Notes under the pieces: generated by a model
The model's input: the letters and a program-made list of their open reading frames with translations, nothing else
Told to the model about the DNA's origin: nothing
The model's database searches: none
From: Chiloscyllium plagiosum
Lineage: Eukaryota
Direction of reading: 5' to 3'
Length of the DNA stretch: 64,000 nucleotides
NCBI RefSeq assembly: GCF_004010195.1
Contig: NC_057718.1
Coordinates: forward strand, 36,279,188 to 36,343,187
In this document: positions 34,967 to 48,191 of the stretch, piece by piece
Numbering within the stretch: position 1 is the stretch's first letter
Layout: every line of letters starts with the position of its first letter
Position numbers and translations under genes: made by a program

Positions 34967-37900
34967 TGCCTTTGCTGTTTGAATTCATGTATTGCAAGAA
35001 ATCAGAGAGCATCTGGGGAAATGAACAAACAGTGAAATTCACAACTGTTCTTGGAGGTACCTGTTTGGGAGAAGTCACAGACACAGAAACAGATAAGTGA
35101 ATATTTTTAAGCGTGGCCTTACAGTAAGTCTGCAGTAGTGAGTAGTGTGGGTTCTTTCTTGATTATATGTTTTATTAAGATATGTCTCTGGATTAAACTT
35201 AAAAATATAAGCCATAAGTATTAAGTTAACCTGGAGCAGTGTTTTGTAGAGGAATAAGACAGTGCTATTTTCTATAGATTGAAAGAAGCAAAAATGGCCT
35301 TTAATAGTGGGAGTTTAGGGAGAGTTTACATGTTACTGAGGATTAGATTGCAATAAATGCTATTGGTTACGAATCCTATCAGATCAAATGGATCGGCTGG
35401 AGAGACAGTTAGAGGCAATGAGGAAGAGGATGTGATAGATGGCAGTTATAGGAAGGGAGAAAAGTTGCAGATACAGTTATATAGATAGATTAACTCAAGG
35501 AAAGGTAAGAAAGGTAGGCAAATAATGCAGGAGTCTTCTGTGACTATCCCCATTTCAAACAAGTATGGCGTTTTGGAGAATGTATGGGGTGGTGGATTCT
35601 CAGGAGAATGTAATACGAGCAGCCAAATTTCTGGTATTGAGACTGGCTCTAATGCAATGAGGGGGTAGAGTCATAGAGCCATCAAGATATACAGCATAGA
35701 AACAGACCCTTCGGTCCAACCCTCCATGCCGACCAGATACCCCAACCCGTGCTAGCCCCACCTGCCAGCACCCGGCCCATATCTCTCCAAACCCTTCCTA
35801 TTCATATACCCATCCAAATGCCTCTTAAATGTTGCAATTGTACCAGCCTCCACCACTTCCTCTGGCAGCTCATTCCATACATGTACCACCCTCTGTGTGA
35901 AAAAGCTGCCCCTTAGGTCTCTTTTATATCTTTCCCCTCTCACCCTAAACCTATGCCCTCTAGTTCTGGACTCCCCAACCCCAGGGAAAAGACTTTGTCT
36001 GTTTACCCAATCCATGCCTCTCATAATTTTGTAAACCTCTATAAGGTCACCCCTCAACCTCCGACGCTCCAGGGAAAACAGCCCCAGCCTGTTCAGCCTC
36101 TCCCTATAGCTCTGGGGAGATTCTGGGTAATCCAAGATGGAGAATGGGAAAAATTTCTGGCTGTAACAGCTGCTCTTTTTTTGAGGTATTTTAGGTGCTT
36201 GAGGTGATTTCCTTGGATTCCAGGAGCAGCAATTACTGTTTTATATGCTATTGCATTGTTTTGGAACTTTGGAAAAAAAAAGTCAAAACAACAGCAGTTT
36301 CAAAAGGGAGAAGAGCAGACAAAGGAAGCACATGGTGAAGTCAGTGCAGGAGAGAGAGAAAGAAACTGACACTGCCTTTGCTGTTTGAATTCATATCGCT
36401 GGACATCAGAGTGCATCTGGCAAAATTAACAAGCAGTGAAATTCACAAATGATCTTGGACGAACTGTTGGGTTAAGTTCACCGCACAGAATCAGATAAGT
36501 TAATTGTTGTTTTTAAGTGTGGCCTACAGAAAGTCTGCAGTAGTGAGTAGAGTGGGTTCTTTCTTGATTATATGTTTTTGGAGATATGACTCTTGATTAA
36601 ACTTAAAAGATAAGCCATAACTATTAATTTATCCCAGGGCAGTGTTTGTAGAAGAATAAGACAGTGTTATTTTCTGGGTCTGTAGATTGTGAAGGAGCAA
36701 AAATGGCCTTGTGCTTCTTGTCAGATGTGGGAGTTTAAAGAGAGTTTAAGGGTTACTGTAGATTATATCTGTCATAAATGCTGTTGGTAGCGAATCTTAT
36801 CAGATCAAGTGGGTTCGTCGGGTTCCAAGAGATCAATTGTGTTAGGGACTCTCAAGTCTGAGGCACAGGCAGACATTTCTGTGTCCAGCAGTCAAAAATC
36901 AGAATGTTGTGTTGCTTCCCTGGTGCCAGGATCAAGGGGAGAGTGCAGAATGTTCTCAAGGGGGAGAGGGGCCAGCAGGAGGTCATTGTACATGTTGGAA
37001 ACAATGACGTAGGAAGGGAAAAGGATGAGATTCTGAAGGGAGAATACAGAGAATTAGGCAGGAATTTAAAAAGGAGATCCTCAAGAGTAGTAATATCTGG
37101 ATTACTCCCGGTGCTGGAGGGCAGGAATAGGATAGAGCAGATGAATGCATGGCCAAGGAATTAGTGCAGGGGAGGATTCAAATTTTGGATCATTGGAATC
37201 GCTTCTGGGGTAGATGTGACCTGTACAAGGACGGCTTGCACCAGAAATGGAAGGGGGCTAATATACTGGCAGGGAGATTTGCCAGAGCTGCTTGGGAGGA
37301 TTTAAACTAGTATGGTGGGGAGATAGTGAGGAAAGAGATCAATCTGAGTCTGGTGCAGTTGAGAAAAGAAACAAGTCAAACAGTCAGGGCAGGGAGGGAC
37401 TAAGCAGAGAACAAAGTAGGACTGATCAATTAAACTGCATTTAATTCAATGCAAGAGGCCTAACAGGGAAGGCAGTTGAAGTCAAGGCTTGGTTACGAAC
37501 ATGAGACTGGGATGTCATAGCAATTATGGAAACATGGCTCAGGGATGGACAGGACTGGCAGCTTAATGTTTCAGGATACAAATGCTATAGAAAGGCAGAC
37601 AAAAGAGGACGGGGCATGGCATTTTTGATAAGGGATAGCATTACAGCTCGATGGAGAGAGGCTATTCCTGGAAATACATCCATGGAAGTTATTTGAGTGT
37701 AACTGAGAATTAAGAAAAGGATGATCACCTTATTGGGATTGTATTATAGAAACTAGGCAAATGATTGTTGGGCCTCTTGTTAAGATATTTGTATCATCGA
37801 TAGTCACAGGTGAGGTGACAGAAAACTGGGTGTTGGCTAATGTGGTGCCACTGTTTAAGAAGGGTGGTAAGGACAAGCCAGGGAACTATAAACCAGTGAG

Positions 37901-38795
37901 CCTGACATTGGTGGTGGGCAAGTTGTTGGAGAGAATTCTAAGTGATAGGATGCACATGTATTTGGGAAGGCAAGGACTGATTAGGGATAGTCAACATGGC
38001 TTTGTGCGTGGGAAATCATGTCTCACAAACTTGTTTGAGTTTTTTGAAGAAGTAACAAAGAGGATTGATGAGGACAGAGTGGTGGATGTGATCGATATGG
38101 ATTTCAGTAAGGTGTTTGGCAAGACTGCCCATGGGAGATTGGTTAGCAAGGTTAGATCTCATGGAATACAGGGAGAACTAGCCATTGAATACAGAACTGG
38201 CTCAAATGTGGAAGACAGAGGGTGGTGGTGGAGGGTTGTTTTTCAGATTGGAGGCCTGTGACCAGTGGAGTGCCACGAGGATCGGTGCTTTTTGTTATTT
38301 ACATAAATGATTTGGATGCGAGCATAAGAGGTACAGTTAGTAAGTTTGCAGATGACACAAAAGTTGGAGGTGTAGTGGACAGCGAAGAAGGTTACCTCAG
38401 ATTGAAATGGGATCTTGATCAGATGGGCCAATGGGCTGAGAAGTGGCAGATGGAATTTAATTTAGATAAATGTGAGGTGCTGCATTTTGGGAAAGAAAAT
38501 CTTAGCAGGACTTATACACTTAATGGTCAGGTCCTAGGGAGTGTTGCTGAAAAAAGACTCTTTAGAGTGCAGGTTCATAGCTCCTTGAAAGTAGAGTCGC
38601 AAGTCGATAAGATAGTGAAGAAGGCGTTTGGTTTGCTTTCATTTATTTGTCACAGTATTGAGTACAGAATTGGAATGTCATGTTGCGGCTGCACAGGACA
38701 TTGATTAGGCTACTTTTGGAATATTGCGTGCAATTCTGGTCTCCTTCATATAAGACGGATTTCTGAAACTTGAAAGGGTTCAGAAAAGATTTACG
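34967..38795 (+). mobile_element. CR1/HER1-like LINE (5' UTR, ORF1, internally deleted ORF2), interrupted at 35666-36808
   Basis: ORF1 CCFPGARIK..VIVHVGNNDVG..VVISGLLP; ORF2 VVPLFKKG, QHGFVRGKSCLTNL, SGVPRGSVLFVIYINDLD, SKFADDTK. Confidence 0.88.
35666..36808. mobile_element. Composite CR1 insertion: 3' end on minus (35666-36110) joined to 5' UTR/ORF1 start on plus (36111-36808)
   Basis: ORF 35752-36135 is the CR1 ORF2 C-terminus (SYRERLNRLGLFSLERRRLRGDLIEVYK); 36372-36808 parallels 34967-35388. Confidence 0.8.
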
Positions 38796-38987
38796 AGATT
38801 TACAAAAGAAGTAGCAGTTGAACTTGCCAGTGTCATGCTCGTGAGGTACCCTTCCACTGATCCTGCAAGCTCCAGTGGAGGTCAGTGATGAAGGGCATCA
38901 AATATGCAAGAATTTTGGAGTTATTCTATATTAGTTCCTTTAACAGATTAATATGCAACATCAGTGACCAGAAATAATCTGGAGTCA

Positions 38988-39372
38988 AACTGCACCCTGC
39001 ATTTATCTAAATTAAACTCCATTTGCCACTCCTCAGCCAATCAGCCCATCTGGTCAAGATCCCATTGTAATCTGAGGTAACCTTCTTCGCTGTCCACCAC
39101 ATCTCCAATTTTGGTGTCATCTGCAAACTTACTAACTATACCTCTTAAGCTCCCATCCAAATCATTTATATAATAACAAAAAGTAGTGCACTCAGTACCA
39201 ATCCTTGTAGCACTACACTGGTCACAGTCCTCCAATCTGGCAAACAGCCTTCCACCACCACCCTCTGCCTTCTACCATTGAGCCAGTTCTGTATTCAAAT
39301 GGCTAGTTCTCCCTGTATTCCGTGAGATCTAACCTTACTAATCAGTCTCCCATGGGGAACCTTGTTGGACGT
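38988..39372 (-). mobile_element. CR1 RT fragment
   Basis: YINDLDGSLRGIVSKFADDTKIG. Confidence 0.85.
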
Positions 39373-40195
39373 AATTCTGGATGTTCAGTTATATAGAAAT
39401 TGGTCTCCAAATCCAAAATGAAACCATGATAAGTGGCATATAATGTGCATCATATTCTTTTTAAAATGTATATTTTTGATAAATACCATAAATTTTCAGA
39501 ATATGAAGCATTGCTAGTACAAAAACAGTGGATGATGGATTCGTGCACAGCTTTGAATATGTTACCGTTTGAATTTACTGATCAGTGACATGTCTCCTAA
39601 GAAATTCACATGATTATGTGCACTGTGAGGATCGCTATCACAGAAAAACAAGCATAACAAATATCACACCTTTATTGTAGTAAAAGCTGTTTGCAAAGGA
39701 ACAATCGGGGAAAATAGTGGACAGTTGAATACAAGCCACCAGGGCGTGTCATCGAGCGAATGTGCATTGAGCCCCAAGTGTGAGCAGTGTGCACTAATGT
39801 TCCATTCTGACAAGAGAGCAAAGGAATGGAATCCAGTAGGGAGCTGCCACTCTGGTAAACCATTGTACCTACACTTTATTCAATTTTGAAAATAATATAA
39901 TGTAAGAGGATGGGAAAGTCCACTGTTAAACTTTGAAGAATGAAACCAAAGTGCACAGGCAAATGAGTCAAAACCAAAAGAAATGAAATTCAACATTCAA
40001 GGAGTAAGATCCTCAGAGGACTTACATGCATCCCAAGCCAGATTACTCTGATTAATAAGAGCTAACTTTTTCCATATTACTGAACCATTGCTGGGAAGAC
40101 TGAGTTCAGATCTTTTGCAGCGTTATCCGAAAAGGAGAGATGTGTAAGTTTACAGGGAAAGGTGAGAGAATGGCACTAAATGAATCACTCATTTG

Positions 40196-41130
40196 TGATT
40201 TGATTTGACTTATTATTGTTACACGTACTATGATACAGTGAAAAGAAGTGTTTTGCATGCTATCCAGCTAAATCATGTCTTACATGAGTACATCGGGGTA
40301 ATAGAATCAAATGCAGAATACAGTATAAAGAAAGATCAATTCTAATACACGAAAGGCCTGTTCAGAAGTCTGATAACAGCAGGAAAGAAGTTGTTCTTGA
40401 CTCTCTTCATATGTGCTTTCAAACTTTAGTATCACCTGCCCAATGGAAGAGGGTAGAAGAGAGGGATGGGAGGGGTCCTTCATTATGTTGGCTGCTTTCA
40501 CGAGGCAACAGGAAACATAAACCGAGTAAAGGGATAAGAGGTTGGTTTGCATGATAGACTTGGCTGAATTCACAACTTTTTGTAATTTCTTGCAATCTTG
40601 CAATTTCTGGCAGAGCCATTGCCATACTACACTGTGATGCATCTGGATAAGATGCTTTCTATGATGCATCTATAAAAATTGTTAGGAATCATTGTGGGCA
40701 TGCTGAATTTTCATAATCTTTTGAGGAAGTAGAGGCGTTATTGTGCTTTCTTGACAGTAGCTTTGTTGTAGATTGACCAGGACAGATTATTCGTAATATT
40801 TACTCCTAGGAACGTGAAGCTCAGCCTCAACATCATTGATACAGGCGGGGCATGTCCTCCACTCCGCTTCCTAAAATCTCCTATGTTTTGCTGATATCGA
40901 GGGAGAGACTGTTGTCTTTACACCTTTCCACTAAGCTCTCTATCTCTTTTCTGAATTCTGTCTCATCATTGTTTCAGATCCAACCCAATATGGTGGTGTC
41001 ATCAGCAAACTTGTAAATGGAGTTAGAGCAGAATTTGGTCACACAGTTGTGAGTGTGTAAGGAGTATAGTAAGGGGCTGAGTACGCAGCCTTGCAGGCAT
41101 TAGGGTCGAGGCTTACTGGGAAGGAGGTGC
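40196..41130 (-). mobile_element. Rex1/Babar-like LINE 3' part, inserted in a short CR1 tail
   Basis: Minus-strand peptides YKFADDTT, NNFYRCIIESIL, QDCKKLQKVV; short-repeat tail (TCAAA)n near 40196-40207. Confidence 0.75.
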
Positions 41131-42974
41131 AGGAACAATGGGCTGAATGGCCTCCTTCTGCACCACAAATGAGTCGGTGATTCTGTGGAGATGAGTACGG
41201 GTGGATAACCTGATCAATTTCACCAAGAAGTGAAATTTGTCGATTTCATTACCATCACGTTGGGAACTAAGTATTAAAGGTTTTCAATATACTAGACTCC
41301 TGACTCTCATTACAAAAAACAATTGATTATATGTCATTGAACGATTAACATTCCACAGATAACATTTGTGTGCAGTCACCTTAAAGTAACATATTACCTG
41401 TAAAACCATCAAGATTTTACTGTCCTAATACAGTGACTGGAACTGTGCTTTTTCAGGTCAGTACTTTGTGATGTGATGGAATTTCCTGCACATTCTCCCA
41501 GCTTTAAGTCTAACCACTCACTGTACAACTTCAAATGGTGTTACGCTTAATTAAGCACTGACAGTGATCAGGCTCAGGATTATTATGGAACAACAGTAAA
41601 GCACTTGGATTCACTGTTGTGTGGGTAAAATCCTTAGATTACACATACATCTCAGTAAGCACAACAGAGCTGTGAAATAAAAATAAAATGTTTCCTGAGC
41701 AGATTAATTTACTTGTTAATAAAAAATTTATGAAAAGAGATTCAGAAAAGACATTCACGACTGACAGTTCAGGTGGACAACATCTTAACTATGACATTAT
41801 TTCTGAGGTAAAAGTGCAATGATGAATTGTATAATTTGTGAACTTTGTAACTTGAGTTTCAGTTATCAAATTCTGACATGACAATAATAAGAATTTTGGG
41901 TGGGACCACGTTGCCAACAAAATGTGGTTAAATTTTACCTATGAGTAAAATGCCCATGAGGACAACAAGCTAAATGCATAAATTGAGCATGCTAACATTT
42001 CTGGAGGCGTTTCTGGGGCAGGACCTGCTTCCGCTGTGTTTCCGCTGTGTTTCTGTCCCAAAATGACAGTGCTCCAGCTTCTAGCATCTTCTGAAGTACA
42101 TGAGCCGATACTGTAGGGAGCTTATAAAATACATGGTAATGAGAAGCAATGAAAACCTAACACTTATGCTCCCTTTGCTGCCAAAGACAGAGTCAAAGAA
42201 ATAAGCCTAACGTCAGGACCATCTGAGACTGTCAGAAGAGTTTTAATTTTGAGCCAACAATTTGAAAATACTTTGGGAAGCATTGCTGGCCTTATGATTG
42301 GCAGAGATTTTTTTTTGTCTTGAAACTGAATAGGGCTTCTCTTGCCATAGACAGTTTAAGAATTTGTGAGAAGAGCAGAGAATTTTTACCAGCATCTACT
42401 GTTAGAAGTTTTGAATATTGTATAAGGCGTTCCCAATGGGCATTTTCCATCCTTATAATTTTAGTGAAAGAAGAGACAGAGCAGGACAGGATGGATGAAA
42501 GGAGAGAGAGAGAGAGACCATACAGTAAGGTAATGCTCTACCAGGTACCATCCTGTTCCTCAAAGCAGTTTCAAACCCTATAGTTTGTACAAAGATCTTA
42601 GTGAGAAGCTCTGCATAAACAGAGTGTTTCATCAAAGAGGCAATAGCAGAGCTGTGTTACCTAAACCTGAAAACTTGCAGCCAATATTCTTTGCTAAGAC
42701 AGCTCTACCTGCCACTGAGATAATGAAGAATAGTTTTAGATTAGCAATTTAAGTCCAACAGCCACAATGGAGTTATGCAGTATCACCCAGTATCAGCATG
42801 TAACCAACACACACAGCATACCAGGCCAAGTGCTGGCAAACGGGATTAGAATAGCTAGGGTGTTGTTTTTGACTGGTGCTTATGTTAGGCTGAAAGTTCT
42901 TTTTCTGTGCTGTACATCTCTATGACTTCTCAGTTGAGTTGGGAATGTACCTTGTATGCACGGCTACATATACA

Positions 42975-43305
42975 TGGTGGCACAGTGGCTCAGTGATTAG
43001 CACTGCTGCCTCACAGCGCCAGGGACCCAAGTTTGATTCCAGCCTTTGGCGACTGTCTGTGTGGAGTTTGCAAGTTCTCCCCATGTCTGCATGGGTTTCC
43101 TCCCACAGTCCAAAGCTGTGCAGCTTAGATGAATTGGCCAAGCTAAATTGCCCATAGTATTCAGGGATGTGTAGGTTAGGTGTATTAGTCAGGGTAAATG
43201 TAGAGTAATAGGGCAGTGGAATGGGTTTGGGTGGGATACTCTTTGGAGGGTTGGAGCGGACTAGTTGGACTGAAGGGCCTGTTTCCACACTGCAGGGATT
43301 CAATG
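42975..43305 (+). mobile_element. HE1-type SINE
   Basis: GGTGGCACAGTGGCTCAGTGATTAGCACTGCTGCCTCACAGCGCCAGGGACCC head; homologous to 33116-33432. Confidence 0.9.
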
Positions 43306-44429
43306 ATGAAGAAACAGCAGCGAGGTCATTCAGTTTTATTATGCTGTTGGATTCCTCTAAAAGGCAGGTTTAAAGTTTAATCCTCTCAGCTTTCTTATTA
43401 GCAAATAATATTACTGAACCAGTGTCCAGATTTTTTGGGGACAACATTCAAAGAATCCTTCATGTCAATGTTTATTTTCTGGAAGCTATTGTGATACATT
43501 TCTACTTGGGAATTCTGCCATCTCTGAGCTTTGCAAGGAAGATAGTCAAGCAATTTGTTGACTCATCGGTGAGAAGACATACCCCATATGTCATCAAAGA
43601 CAATGGCCTCTCTAAGACCTACAACAACAGGTATGAGTAGAATTACAGTCAAGTACGTACCTCTGTCATGGACTAAATCCTAGAGGTCTTAGATGGGCAT
43701 TTTCATTGTTTTCTAAAGGACTCTAATATTGGCCCAAGGGTGTAGAGTATGCTATTTAGTTTTGGTTTCTGGTACCCTGGTAATCTATGCCATGCAAAAA
43801 GGCTGGACATGAATATTTCTGATGGCACAACCCTAACTATTTTAGAGAGATGAGACCATGGAATGGAGTGTCAGGAATGTTTTCATTCAGAGTCGATCTT
43901 AATGATTGTTGCAAATGGGATTAAAGTATAATTGTCTTTACCTGTGCTCATCTTTTTTTGTTACCATGTTTATAACAATGTCAGCTAATCCTTCATTCAG
44001 TTGCAGCTTCTTTAACCCAGCAGCCATCCCAGAGGATTACATCACTTCACTCCTTTCGTCATAAATGATCAAATCAGTCTTTATTAAATGAATGAATAAT
44101 AGAACTTAGTCCATGTTCTGACTCTCTCTCATTGTTGTACTCCATAGAGGAGTATTTTATACTTACCTCAAGGGCTTCTTGACACAGCACTGGCAAGCTT
44201 TCAGCAATTGTCCAACTCAGTCCCCAATCTCCAGTATACTTTCACAGTTGGTCTGTAAAGGTGCTCAATAATTTTCCAAGTATGAAAAGATATGGAAAGA
44301 AGTGATAAGAGCAAAGGGTAAAATGCAACGATGAAATTTCTCAAGCATTCTGAATACATTTTCTTAAAACCTGAGGATGAGGCTTTTTGCGAATCAACAT
44401 GATCAAATAGTTGGTGGCATAACTGAAAA

Positions 44430-44650
44430 TGCTAATGAGGAGGAATGTTTTTTCTCTCAGGGGTATAGTGAACCTGTAGAATTCTTTACTGAAAGGGCTA
44501 TCAAGGCTGGATCATTACATATATTCCAGACTGAGGTAGATATATTTCTAATCAATAAGGGAATGTGGGAGTGGCAGGAAAAGATTATCAGATCAGCCAT
44601 GATCTCATTGAATGATGGAAAAGACTTGATGGAGTGAATGGCCTATTTTC
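44430..44650 (+). mobile_element. Short degraded CR1 3' end
   Basis: GATCAGCCATGATCTCATTGAATGATGG..GAATGGCCTA tail resembles 56680-56740. Confidence 0.65.
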
Positions 44651-44729
44651 AATGCAGGGCACTTCTTCCTTTGCTTTGTAAGAGCTGTACGAATTCTTCT
44701 ACTAGTCACAATTTGCTCACTGTTGGCTG

Positions 44730-44980
44730 TTATTGTCAAGCTATAAAGATATATGGCTCATCAAAGAAATGAACAATGTGGTATATAAATTTCCATGCTG
44801 GTGTGATGCCAGGTACATAGGCTTCACAATACAATCAATGGTGGATTCTATTAAACAGCACATCCCTTCAGCTGTCCAGAATAAACAGTGTACTGACTAT
44901 ACTCAACCAGCCCCTACTTGCATAACTCAGAACAATATGTCTAAGATTGAATGTGATTCCATGTTTGGACTTCACTTGTC
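44730..44980 (+). mobile_element. PLE GIY-YIG endonuclease fragment
   Basis: NNVVYKFPCWCDARYIGFT..IKQHIP: VVY..YIG bipartite motif. Confidence 0.75.
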
Positions 44981-46559
44981 CCATGGGTCAAAGAGAGGGC
45001 TGCTTTTAGACAAGGCAACAGCTGCAGGCTCAATATCCTCACTGGACAAGGTTCCAATCTGACATTCAGCATTGTCATTTTGGTTTTATTTGATAAGCTG
45101 CTCTAGTTCTGAAATCCTTTAAGTTACTCAGGAACAACCATCTCTCCCAAGGTTTCCTGAAACTGGGTTACAAGCACCAGGAACCTGTCCACTATCCTTC
45201 ATTAGGAAGTAGTAAGATGGTTGAGCAGGTCTCAACACCAGCTCAGGACCAATGTTTGCTCAATATTGTGGTCCCAATGTCCTTGTAGCACTGAACCCAC
45301 AGTTTCTCTCTCCACAGGTCCTATTGATGTACAGATTATTCAAAGAGATTTCTGTTTTTAAACTGATCCTACTAATGATGCTCTCAACACCTTCAAAGTA
45401 AATTCTCATTTCTAGCTTGTTATCCTTTTTCTGATATTGGGATTATCAGTCTTGGGTCTAATTATAAGTAAATCTCTGTACTTCACTCTCTCTGCTTCTC
45501 AATTTAAATTCTAATTACTGTCATTTCAGTTCTCAGTGCAAAACACAACCATTGCAGCTGAAGTCTGAGCCATTCTTTTCTATTGAAAAGACAGAACATT
45601 CTTTTGTGCAAATACATTTTGTTTGTAAATCCCATTAAAAGGTATGTTTTCAATTGAGAACCACTTGGCATAACTGCTTATATTTATTCTGCAAATGTTT
45701 CATTAAGTCTAAAGGAATTTACAAAGAGGTAACCAACGGATTTGTCTCCATTACCCATTAGATATGGTCTAGAGGCAGCAAAGGTAATTCTAATTTTTAT
45801 TATTGAGTGAAAAACAGGCAAAGCAAATCAGCACTGCCGTGATACAACACGCCTCATTTAACCAAACAAGGTGAAAAACTAGCTGCCATTTCATTTTCTC
45901 CTCGCTTTGTCAGATACTTGAAAATAAAACAAATGCCGTTGTTAAATATATGCTTGTATGGTTATTTTTATGTATTTTGAGGAGAAATTTTTGATTTTGG
46001 TCACTTATGGTTGATTTTCAAAGGGTGAGGCTTGGCATAAGTTCAGTTCACCAGTTCTTCACAAACAATTGAAAGAATGAACATTCAAGATTTGTTAAAA
46101 TCCTTTGTTTAGGTTAAGTTTTGGATGCAAATGTGATATTCTTAATATGGGCTGAATTTTGTGGATAGAGCTTGTCACTTGTACCGCATTGCGAAATCTG
46201 GATATCAGCCAGTGAACTTTACGAAAAAAGGTCCCGCTATAGCAATAAAGCACTTCCAGTGGGCTACACAATCAGAGTGGTACTTCTGTCCCTCAGTGGG
46301 TGGGACCCTCATTCTCAAGAGCTGCTTGAAGATCATTTGTAGACCAAGAACTGAGTATGGGTATTTCTTCTCTTTCCACGAAGTTGCTCTAAAAAATGGC
46401 TGCCTCACTTTCACTAGTTGGCAACCATTCCATTAACATTAATGTTATAGGTTACCATGAAGTGGCAAACCATTTTCAATATAAGGCACTCCCTCCTTTG
46501 CTTTACAAGAGCAATTCAGATCAATTTTCTTGGTAACAAGCTCAGCTGGCCACTAATTA

Positions 46560-47160
46560 TTTAAACACAAACAAAAACAGAAATCACTAGAAAAACACAG
46601 CAGGTCTGGCAACACATATGGAGAGAAATCAGAGTTAATGTTTCGGCTTTGAAGACCCTTCCGCACAACAGATAAAATGAACAATGTGGAACATGTTTTT
46701 CAGTGGTGGTGTGATGCCGGGTACATAGGCTCCACAATACAATAGCTCCTGAGTCATATTAAACGTACCCTTTCAGCTGTCCAGAACAAACAGTTTAGAC
46801 AGCACTTGTCCCAGGGGTCAAAGAGACAGCCACTGGTAGGCAAGACAACAGCTGCAAGGTTCCCATCTGATAGTCAGCACTGCCATTTCAGTTTTATTTG
46901 ATAAGCTGCTGAGATCCTTTAAGTTGCTCAGGAACAACCATCTCTCCCCTGAGATGTCCTCAAACTGGGTCATAAGCATCAGGAACCTGTCCACTATCCT
47001 TTATTGGAAAGGATGCCTGCACTAGTAAGATGGTTGAGGAAGAGTCACTGGACCCGAAATGTTAACTTTGATTTCTCTCCACAGATGCTGCCAGACCTGC
47101 TGAGCTTTTCCAGCAAGATCTGTTTTTGTTTCTACAGCATCTGCAGTTCTTTTGGTTTTT
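46560..47160. mobile_element. Inverted PLE pLTRs (family C) enclosing a diverged copy of 44769-45226, with TSD
   Basis: 46570-46668 is the inverse of 47033-47132; the interior 46677-47038 aligns by eye to 44769-45226; ACTAATTA at 46552-46559 and 47161-47168. Confidence 0.8.
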
Positions 47161-47212
47161 ACTAATTAAAGTGGTAGATTTTACTGTTCACTTGTCGATT
47201 GTTTTCTGAGGG

Positions 47213-48105
47213 CCCAATGATACAAAGGTAGGTGGAGGGGCAGGTAGTATTGAGGAGGCAGAGAGGCTGCAGAAGGACTTAGGAAGGTTCGGAGAGTGGG
47301 CAAAGAAGTGGCAGATTAAATACAACGTGGGAAATTGTGAGGTCATAGACTTTGGAAGGAAGAATAAAGTCTAGGGCTATTTCCTAAATGAGGAGACAAT
47401 TTAGAAATCAGAAATGCAAAGGGACTTTGGACTGGACTCATCCAGTTTCTCTTAAGATAAACTTGCAGGCTGAATTGACTGTTAGGAAGCAAATACAATG
47501 TTTTCATCGAGAGGACTAGAATATAAAAACAGAGATGTACTCCTGAGGTTCTATAAGGCTCTGGTCAAACCGCATTTAGAGTATTGTGAGCAATTTTGCA
47601 CCCCATATCTCAGGAAGGATGTACTGGCCCTGGAGCGTTTTCAGAGGAGGTCACGCAAATGGTCCCAGAAATGAAAAACTTAACATATGAGGAATGTTTG
47701 AGGACTCTGGAACTTTACTTGATGGAGTTTAGAAGGATGAGGGAGGATCTAATTGAAACTTTTAGAATATGAACGGCCTGGACAGAGTGGACGTTGGGAA
47801 GATGTTTCCATTGGCAGGAGAGATGAGGACCTGAGGGCATAACCTTAGAGTAGGGGGAAGATAACGAGAAACTTCTTCAGCCAGAGAGTGGTAAATCTAT
47901 GGGATTCATTGCAACAGGAAGCTGTGGAGGCCAGGTCATTGAGTAGTTTTAAAACAGAGATAGCATCATTCTTGATTGCCAAAGTGATCAAAGGTTACAG
48001 GGAGAAAGCAGAAAAATGGAGTTGGAAAGCTTATCATCCATTATTGAATGATGGAGCAGACTTGTTGGGCTGACTGGCCTAATTTCTGCTCCTATGTCTT
48101 ATGAT
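47213..48105 (+). mobile_element. CR1 LINE 3' part, degraded
   Basis: LQKDLGRFGEWAKKWQ, YKALVKPHLEYC; CCTATGTCTTATG tail. Confidence 0.85.
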
Positions 48106-48191
48106 CTAAGAGTGGGCTAGCACCTAACTGGGAAAAGCTTGTAATCATATTTTTAGTGAGTTCCAGTTTCTTGCTATTTTGTTTCATAGAG

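Noticed and set aside
34967..36808. Similarity of 34967-35388 and 36372-36808 as a segmental tandem duplication
   Set aside because: Both are CR1 5' regions; better explained by the nested composite insertion.
43538..43629. Possible plus-strand exon ending CAG/GTATGAG
   Set aside because: Poor acceptor, unrecognised peptide and no partner exons.
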